Shown: positions 57,068 through 64,000 of the stretch, in pieces
How the letters are laid out: each line of letters begins with the position of its first letter
How positions within the stretch are numbered: position 1 is the first letter of the stretch
IMG/VR virus record: IMGVR_UViG_3300028591_005215
Coordinates: 160,001-224,000 of that record
Strand: one strand, 5' to 3'
DNA from: a virus
Lineage: Duplodnaviria > Caudoviricetes
Length of the DNA: 64,000 bases
Translations under genes and position numbers: made by a program
The notes under the pieces: generated by a model
The model's input: only the letters and a program-made list of their open reading frames with translations
Databases searched by the model: none
What the model was told of the DNA's origin: nothing

Positions 57068-59070
57068 TGGACAAAAAAATCAATTATTTAGCAAGGAATT
57101 ATTCTGATTATCGTTCAGAGTTAATAGATTTTAGCAAAAAATATTATCCTGAGTTATCAGACGATTTCAACGATTCGTCTGTTGGCGCTTGGTTTGTTGA
57201 TTTAGTATCATCAGTTGCGGATAATTTGTCGTATCATATAGATAGGATGTATCAAGAGACTAATCCTAATTCTGCAACGTTAAAAAGTTCTATTTTAAAC
57301 AATGCACGTTCTAACGGGTTGAAAATACCAGGTGCTAAAGCAAGTATGTGCGAAATTAGGCTAAGTTGCGTTTTACCTGTTAATGATACACAAGAAAATA
57401 ATCTATCAGCCCCTAATTGGAATTATGCACCTATTGTTAGAAAAAATACAATAGTATCGGCAGGTAATTATCAATTTCATTTGACTGAAGATGTTGATTT
57501 TGCTGAACAATTTAACAGTGAAAGTTTTTCTAACAGGTCTTATGAACCTAATAGGAATTCTAACGGGTCAATTACAAGTTATACTGTTTCTAAAACAACT
57601 ATAGCGGTAAATGGCGTGTCAAGAATTTTTAAAAAAGTTCTTCAATCTACTGATATTAAGCCATTTATGGAAATAGTTTTACCAGATACTAATGTAATGA
57701 ATATAGAATCTATTATATTTAAAGAATCTTCTGATTTTTCTAATGACCCAGATATACAAGAATTTTATTATGACGAAGAACAGTACAAAGTAGATAAAAA
57801 TGCTGCAATGACATATAGGTATTTCGAAACTAATTCTTTGGCTGACCAATGGAGATTTGGTACAGAATCTAATTTCGATAATAATATTATTAAAGATACC
57901 TTAAATCCTGAACTTTATGAAGATTATGCCATAAATGGGGACGATAACAAAATGGTAAGATATTATAAAGGTAAATGGAAACCTGTCACACAAAAATATA
58001 TCACTGAATACACTGACAATGGGTACATTAAAATTATTTTTGGTAGTGGGGTTAATTATGACGAGATACCTGAAGGAAGTAGCAAATATGGTGAATATCG
58101 TGCAAGCAAAATTATAAATAATGATATGTTAGGTGTGCTTCCAAGGCAAGGGTGGACTATGTATGTTTTATATGAAATAGGTGGTGGCTCTGAAACAAAT
58201 TTAGCAGTAGGGGCAATAAATTCCATTTCATTACTTAATGCACAATTTCATAGTGATGGGCTTAGTGATAAAGTAAAAGGAAGTGTATTAACAAGTATGT
58301 CAGTCACAAACATATCCCCATCTGTAGCAGGTAAAGATGCACCTTCAACTGAAGAAATTAAATATTTAACCAAATACAATAATGCTTCACAGGAACGTTG
58401 TGTGACTGTTAAAGATTATAAAACAAGGCTTATGATGATGCCACCTAAATATGGTGCACCTTTTAGGTCATCAGCAATTGAAGAAAACAATAAAATCGTT
58501 ATCAGCTTATTGGGTTTAGATTCAAATGGTAAACTTGATAAATCTTTGCCAGAAGCCTTAGTTAATAATATTATGGAGTATATGTCACATTATAGGACAA
58601 TAAACGATTACATCGAAATTAAAAGTGGTAAAATATACAATTTAGGCTTTTCAGTAGATGTTTTTATTGATAAATCATATAATTCAGCTAATGTCATAGA
58701 GAATATTATTAATAAGATAAAAGATTATATGTCAGTTGAAAAACATGACATGGGTGAAGATATTTTCATTGGCGATTTAGAAAAAGAAATAACACTAATA
58801 GATGGTGTATTAAGCTTGATTTCTTTAAGGGTTTATAACATTTATTCAGACAATAACGGAAATTACAGTACTGATAAAGCGCCTTACCCTTTGTTAGATA
58901 ATAGTAATGATTGTACACCTAATAACTCACCAACATTTATGATTGGAGAAAGCGTATACAAGCCTATTGATTTAGACTCTATTGACAGGGTATTGTATAG
59001 TGATTATAATTCACAATTTGAAATATTAAACCCTACACAGGACATACAAATAAGATGCAAATTAAAATAA
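57067..59070 (+). CDS. baseplate wedge gp6/J-like protein
   Basis: YLARNYSDYRSELI..DFNDSSVG..DNLSYHID..QE; IIFGSG; GKDAPSTEEIK..SQERCVTVKDY. Confidence 0.9.
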   Translation: MDKKINYLARNYSDYRSELIDFSKKYYPELSDDFNDSSVGAWFVDLVSSVADNLSYHIDRMYQETNPNSATLKSSILNNARSNGLKIPGAKASMCEIRLSCVLPVNDTQENNLSAPNWNYAPIVRKNTIVSAGNYQFHLTEDVDFAEQFNSESFSNRSYEPNRNSNGSITSYTVSKTTIAVNGVSRIFKKVLQSTDIKPFMEIVLPDTNVMNIESIIFKESSDFSNDPDIQEFYYDEEQYKVDKNAAMTYRYFETNSLADQWRFGTESNFDNNIIKDTLNPELYEDYAINGDDNKMVRYYKGKWKPVTQKYITEYTDNGYIKIIFGSGVNYDEIPEGSSKYGEYRASKIINNDMLGVLPRQGWTMYVLYEIGGGSETNLAVGAINSISLLNAQFHSDGLSDKVKGSVLTSMSVTNISPSVAGKDAPSTEEIKYLTKYNNASQERCVTVKDYKTRLMMMPPKYGAPFRSSAIEENNKIVISLLGLDSNGKLDKSLPEALVNNIMEYMSHYRTINDYIEIKSGKIYNLGFSVDVFIDKSYNSANVIENIINKIKDYMSVEKHDMGEDIFIGDLEKEITLIDGVLSLISLRVYNIYSDNNGNYSTDKAPYPLLDNSNDCTPNNSPTFMIGESVYKPIDLDSIDRVLYSDYNSQFEILNPTQDIQIRCKLK

Positions 59071-59273
59071 CTATGTGTAAAAACTGTAAACGTATTAGAA
59101 CATATAAAGAACTTAGAACTTCTATAAATAATGGTGAAAAAAAACTTAAATTATCGAAATTTATGAAGATAAGGGTTCTTTTAAAACACATAGCATTTAC
59201 ATTTAAGGAAAATGTTATGTTTGCTTATAATTTATTTCGTTATGATGACTTGAAACAATGGACAAAACTTTAA
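59055..59273 (+). CDS. small hypothetical basic protein
   Basis: 72-aa ORF filling the gap; CKNC near a likely start at MCKNCK. Confidence 0.4.
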   Translation: MQIKITMCKNCKRIRTYKELRTSINNGEKKLKLSKFMKIRVLLKHIAFTFKENVMFAYNLFRYDDLKQWTKL

Positions 59274-62200
59274 GAATAAAAGCGGATATTGGTAAAGATA
59301 AAGTGTTGCATTTAAATATGAAGCAAAATGTTGATTTATTTGAAATATTATCTTTACAATTATCCCAAGAAGATGCTTATAAAATACATTCTGCTAATTA
59401 TGGCGTTATTGTTGGACGAGTATTAGCTAATGATGCATTTGGTATACCAAATGCAAAGGTTTCTGTTTTTATACCATTGACTGACGAAGATTCACTAAAT
59501 AATGATTTAGTGAATCTTTACCCTTATAAGGAGGTTAATGATACTAATAAAAACGGCAAAAGATACAACATACTACCAAATTATTCTGAAAATAAATGCT
59601 ATAGCAAAGTAGGCACTTTTCCTTCAAAAAGGTTGGTGTTAGACAATGATTCTATGTTGGAAGTTTATGACAAATATTATAAATATACAACAACTACAAA
59701 TAAAGCAGGTGATTATATGATTTTTGGTGTACCTACAGGTAGTACACAAATTCATGTGGACATTGACCTTTCTGACATAGGTATCATTTCGCAAAAGCCT
59801 AGAGATTTAATATCTAAAGGATATAGCATAAACCAATTCCAAAGCCCAACAAAGTTTAATGAAAGTAATACTTTAGATGATTTAGCACAGCTTTACAGTC
59901 AAAATGAAACAGTAATGGTTTACCCTTTTTGGGGTGATGAAAATTTCGAACAGATTGCTATTTCAAGGAAGGATGTAAGCATACAATATGAATTTACTAC
60001 ATCTTGTGTGTTTTTAGGGTCAGTTATTACTGACAGTAGGAATAACAACATATCATTTGATTGTGACGTAAGTGAAAATATGGGTGAAATGTCACAATTA
60101 GTGCCAAACGAAGGCACTATAGAAATGATAAGAAAAACACCTTATGGAAATGTAGAAGAATTGGTAATCAAAGGAAACCAACTGATAGATTCAGATGGGA
60201 CGTGGTGCTATCAAATACCTATGAATTTAGACTACGTTGGAATGGATGAAAAAGGCAATATTGTGCCTACCAACGACCCTACTAAAGGAATACCAACAAG
60301 GGCAAGTGTTAGATTTAGATTTTCGTTAACCGAAAATAGTGATAGTACAATATCAAGGCACAAAGCTAAATATTTAGTCCCAAATAACCCTAAAATAAAT
60401 GATGGTGGCCTACGTTCCCCTATTTTGGTTGACGATGATTATGATAATATGTATGAATTTGGTACTAATACACCTGATTCTTGCTTTAGGGATTTATTAT
60501 GGGATTGTGTATATAGTGTCAAGAATTATATACCAAGAACACAAATAAATAATTATTTATCGCAATATTACACAGGTATAAAGGGTGTTAATAAAGAATC
60601 GTCTAGCAGCAAAAACATTTTTCCTTACAATAAGATAAGAACAAAAGTTAATCTTTCTACAAATGAAATATTAAGTAACTTTTGGGATGACTTTTTTAGT
60701 GAAAAAGCAGAAGTAAAACAATTCCAATATGTTTTTTGGGATAGCGCTGTAAATAGAACACAATATCCAGAACTTGACACATATATAGAAAGTGTTCTTG
60801 AAGAAGATGACGCAATATCGTTAGATTTCTATAATGATTGGATAAATGGGTGCTTATATTTTCCATTATGGTATTGGAGGAATAACGCAACTAATTCATT
60901 AAATGGCAATGTTTCCTACATTGATACATTTTGCTCAAGCAGTAAAAGCTATAATAATTTAATTTTAGCTGATACTGGCAATTTGCCAATATGCTTTGAG
61001 GGGTATGGTGGACTTGCATCCGATACGATGTATGTTAAAAATCATTTAATATATGATAATAATAAGAATGCATTAAATGACGCCCCAAGAACTAATGGCA
61101 AATATTCTTTTTTTTATAGAATTTTTAATTATTTTAGAAATTTATATACAACATATTTTGATGACGTTGTATATAGATATGATAAAATAATAAACTATAT
61201 GAAACTGAATAATGGGTTAATTAAAAATGTATTAAATAAAGATGGTATTAACATATATTATTACAATTCATCGCAATATTCAGAAGGTACTTCTAATAAA
61301 ATAATTAGAAGACTATATTCAACTGATATTATCCTATTAGGCAGTTTATCTGATTCTGATATTAATGGAATACCTAAATTTAGTAACATTTACCCTATGT
61401 CATCTTGTAATTTACCGCCTATGGGTACGCATAGTGATGATGAAGGAAATAATAGTGTTACGGGTATGCATTGGGGTACATCTAAAGATGATGAAAATAT
61501 AGACCTTGATGATGAAGGCTATAGAATGAGGAAAGGCTTATTCTTTGGCACAAGAAGAAATTGGTACACTTTTTATGAATATATATGGTTGCTTATTGGT
61601 AGAAAAGAATACAAAAGTATAATTACTGCATATACTAGCCCCAAAACATTTATTAATCTTGAAAGAATTTGCGAACTTGGCGTATCTCTTGATATGCCTA
61701 TAGCAGATAAAAACGGTGATGGACTAATAACTGTAGATGAAATACAAGATAATTATTCAAGGCAAATTTTCTCAACATTAAATTCGAATACACTATTAGT
61801 GTCAGATGATTCTGTTAATAGTATCACAGGATACAATTTTTATAAATTGAAATATCTTTGCCCTTATGATTTTAATGGGTTATTAAAAAACTATAAAGAA
61901 TATTATGCAAATGATTCAGATGCTACTATACCTGAAGAAGAGAATGGTTTTGATGAAGTTGACAATGATTATCTTAAATTCAGGTTTGGTGAAACACCTA
62001 AGTTTTATATAAAAAGGCCTAATGATGAATACTTTTTCCCTTTATATAATAATTCATTTTATTTTTATTTTGGTATTAATGAAGGTAGTACTGCAATAGA
62101 TAAATTTAAACGTGATTATATAGATGAATGCTTAACCGATTCTGATAGTACGTCAAATATGAATGTACAAATAAATTATACTGCATCAACTTATTGTAAT

Positions 62201-62788
62201 GACAATAATGGTGTAGTAACAATAAATTGTACTAATTGTCATAAATTTGAATATACATTTGGTGAAAATGTTGGCGTTAGTAGCGATGATAGTAATATAG
62301 TAACTATTAGTAATTTAGCAAATGGTACGTATCACACCGAAGTAACTGGTTATGATTCTAATGGATATAAAGTCGGCAGCTATGCAAATACAATAAAAGT
62401 TTATCCTACACCTATAAAATTTGAATTAACTTCAACTAATGGTACAACAGAAAGTGAAGATGAAGTAGGTTCTATATTAATTAATTACATAGAACTTTAT
62501 GGGTCTAATCAAAATATCATTGACTTTAATGATAGAAATAATTTTGCAACACTTTCTTCTAATGGTGGGAACGAAACTTATAAAGTTAAAGTTATTTTTT
62601 CAGGAAATTCTGATTATGATGGAAGATTATTTTTTGATAGTAATTTAGGCAAAATATTTTTTGTTTTTGAAACTAAAAACATACCTGCTGGAATTTATAG
62701 TATTACATTGCAAGAATATTGTGGGGAAAGCCCTACAGAAAATAAACTTACACGTAGTATACAAATAAACGATACTGATGGACAATAA
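59258..62788 (+). CDS. large putative virion (baseplate/tail-associated) protein
   Basis: YGVIVGRVLAN..GIPNAKVSVFIP..TNKAGDYMIFGVP (carboxypeptidase-regulatory-like beta fold); follows the baseplate wedge genes. Confidence 0.6.
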   Translation: MDKTLRIKADIGKDKVLHLNMKQNVDLFEILSLQLSQEDAYKIHSANYGVIVGRVLANDAFGIPNAKVSVFIPLTDEDSLNNDLVNLYPYKEVNDTNKNGKRYNILPNYSENKCYSKVGTFPSKRLVLDNDSMLEVYDKYYKYTTTTNKAGDYMIFGVPTGSTQIHVDIDLSDIGIISQKPRDLISKGYSINQFQSPTKFNESNTLDDLAQLYSQNETVMVYPFWGDENFEQIAISRKDVSIQYEFTTSCVFLGSVITDSRNNNISFDCDVSENMGEMSQLVPNEGTIEMIRKTPYGNVEELVIKGNQLIDSDGTWCYQIPMNLDYVGMDEKGNIVPTNDPTKGIPTRASVRFRFSLTENSDSTISRHKAKYLVPNNPKINDGGLRSPILVDDDYDNMYEFGTNTPDSCFRDLLWDCVYSVKNYIPRTQINNYLSQYYTGIKGVNKESSSSKNIFPYNKIRTKVNLSTNEILSNFWDDFFSEKAEVKQFQYVFWDSAVNRTQYPELDTYIESVLEEDDAISLDFYNDWINGCLYFPLWYWRNNATNSLNGNVSYIDTFCSSSKSYNNLILADTGNLPICFEGYGGLASDTMYVKNHLIYDNNKNALNDAPRTNGKYSFFYRIFNYFRNLYTTYFDDVVYRYDKIINYMKLNNGLIKNVLNKDGINIYYYNSSQYSEGTSNKIIRRLYSTDIILLGSLSDSDINGIPKFSNIYPMSSCNLPPMGTHSDDEGNNSVTGMHWGTSKDDENIDLDDEGYRMRKGLFFGTRRNWYTFYEYIWLLIGRKEYKSIITAYTSPKTFINLERICELGVSLDMPIADKNGDGLITVDEIQDNYSRQIFSTLNSNTLLVSDDSVNSITGYNFYKLKYLCPYDFNGLLKNYKEYYANDSDATIPEEENGFDEVDNDYLKFRFGETPKFYIKRPNDEYFFPLYNNSFYFYFGINEGSTAIDKFKRDYIDECLTDSDSTSNMNVQINYTASTYCNDNNGVVTINCTNCHKFEYTFGENVGVSSDDSNIVTISNLANGTYHTEVTGYDSNGYKVGSYANTIKVYPTPIKFELTSTNGTTESEDEVGSILINYIELYGSNQNIIDFNDRNNFATLSSNGGNETYKVKVIFSGNSDYDGRLFFDSNLGKIFFVFETKNIPAGIYSITLQEYCGESPTENKLTRSIQINDTDGQ

Positions 62789-64000
62789 TAAGATATTTTT
62801 ACCTATAAATAATAGCAAAAAATCCAATAATTCATCTTTTTATTTGGATGTAGATTTATTATCCAATAAAAAGATGTTTACTGACAATAATATTGTTGGA
62901 ACGATAAATGCATATGATAGGTATAGGTATGAGAGAAAACAAAGTAATAAAGTAAGACTTACTGTTAATATTAACGCTATATGCAGTAATGTTTTATTTA
63001 ACCCTGTTACTGAAATAATTAGGTATGAGGGTTCTGACAGTGCAACATCTATTAACTACGAAACTATTAAAAATGGGAACATAAAGGATAAAGACGGTAG
63101 TAACCCTATAAAACCTAAAGATGGTGATGATAAATCATTTGAATGGAATTCATATCAAGCAGTGCGTGATACTCAACTATCAAATGGAGATTATGGGTTT
63201 ACTTATCATTGCGGTACTGATATTTTTAATAATCATTTATTCAGGAACAATTCTTTTAACCTTGTATTATATAACGATGATAAAAAGTCTAATATAGATG
63301 AAACATTTAATACAATAGATGATTGGATGCGTAACGAAAAAGGTGAAATTATTAAAAGGGGTTTTATTGCTGAAGAAGATGGTAATATTATATATTCTAT
63401 AACAGGACTTTATATACAAGCAGAACCGCACCTTAAAAATGGGGTTGTTGATTATCATGATATGTACTGCACGTTTAATATTAATATTTTTGCATCAAAA
63501 AATATAAAAAATTCTCCAGAGAATACATTATTTGGCAAATTTTTTATTAGTGATGATGGAAAAAATGAAAAATACGAAGTAGAATATCATTATACTGGTT
63601 TTGAATTAAAAGAAAATAAAGAAACAACTTTATTAATACAAGATGTATATGTAGGCTCTACAACAAGATGGGATAAGTTAAATTTCGGAATGGATGACAA
63701 TTATTCTGACTATGCTTTGTCAGTTAATTCCAGAATTGAAAATATGTATAACAACAAATATCCAGTGTCTTATTATTTAAAAGATTCGTCAGCATATAAG
63801 AAATTTTACAAGCAATCACATCTTTATCAAAAAAACGGCTTTAATAGTTTTGATAACTCATTAAAAAATAACTTATTAGAAGTCAACGGGTGGTTTGGTT
63901 TTAAAAATAAAGGAAAAATTCAATTAAAAAATTGCACTGTATTAAATAGCAGTAAAAAATTACCTATATATAATGTTATTAATAACAAATTGAATGGCGA
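62778..64000 (+). CDS. hypothetical (probably structural) protein, truncated by the window end
   Basis: ATG 62778, MDNNKIFLPINNSKKS..YERKQSNKVRLTVNINAICSNVLFNPVTEI; appears to run off the window, which would explain its absence from the ORF track. Confidence 0.7.
   Translation, partial: MDNNKIFLPINNSKKSNNSSFYLDVDLLSNKKMFTDNNIVGTINAYDRYRYERKQSNKVRLTVNINAICSNVLFNPVTEIIRYEGSDSATSINYETIKNGNIKDKDGSNPIKPKDGDDKSFEWNSYQAVRDTQLSNGDYGFTYHCGTDIFNNHLFRNNSFNLVLYNDDKKSNIDETFNTIDDWMRNEKGEIIKRGFIAEEDGNIIYSITGLYIQAEPHLKNGVVDYHDMYCTFNINIFASKNIKNSPENTLFGKFFISDDGKNEKYEVEYHYTGFELKENKETTLLIQDVYVGSTTRWDKLNFGMDDNYSDYALSVNSRIENMYNNKYPVSYYLKDSSAYKKFYKQSHLYQKNGFNSFDNSLKNNLLEVNGWFGFKNKGKIQLKNCTVLNSSKKLPIYNVINNKLNG

Noticed and set aside
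1-64000. Stop-codon reassignment (TAG to Gln) as in Lak/crAss-type gut phages
   Set aside because: Long genes are intact in code 11, and TAG terminates tdk, the helicase and others at the expected C-termini
1-64000. tRNA, rRNA, integrase or IS elements
   Set aside because: No cloverleaf/T-loop signatures, rRNA-like tracts or transposase/integrase motifs were seen by eye; tRNAscan would be needed to exclude tRNAs formally

Overview
A 64-kb AT-rich, gene-dense segment of a jumbo myophage genome, read in standard code 11 and almost entirely on the + strand. It carries T4-like tail, baseplate and neck genes: sheath, tube, assembly chaperone, tape measure, tube initiator, gp53/LysM, hub, gp13 neck, gp25 and gp6/J. 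These are interleaved with replication and nucleotide genes: gp32-like SSB, tdk, RecA/UvsX, 5'-3' exonuclease, DnaB/gp41 helicase and nrdDG. Several exact TTTG-N19-TATATTTG promoters, SD-less A-rich starts and an anaerobic RNR point to an anaerobic Bacteroidota host (inference). Selfish elements: a class 3 LAGLIDADG intein in the helicase P-loop, two group I introns in nrdD (one with a GIY-YIG ORF), and four free-standing nucleases built from 2-5 Zn-binding repeats with hypervariable positions. Most novel-looking signals: (i) a shared ~25-aa 'RLTESDLHxII..V.RVLxE' tag on unrelated small proteins, one a probable ADP-ribosyltransferase, suggesting a capsid cargo-loading system; (ii) the modular zinc-repeat nuclease family; (iii) a stand-alone mini terminase-ATPase; (iv) a probable -2/+1 frameshift before the tape measure gene. 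All family assignments come from motif recognition by eye; no database searches were run.
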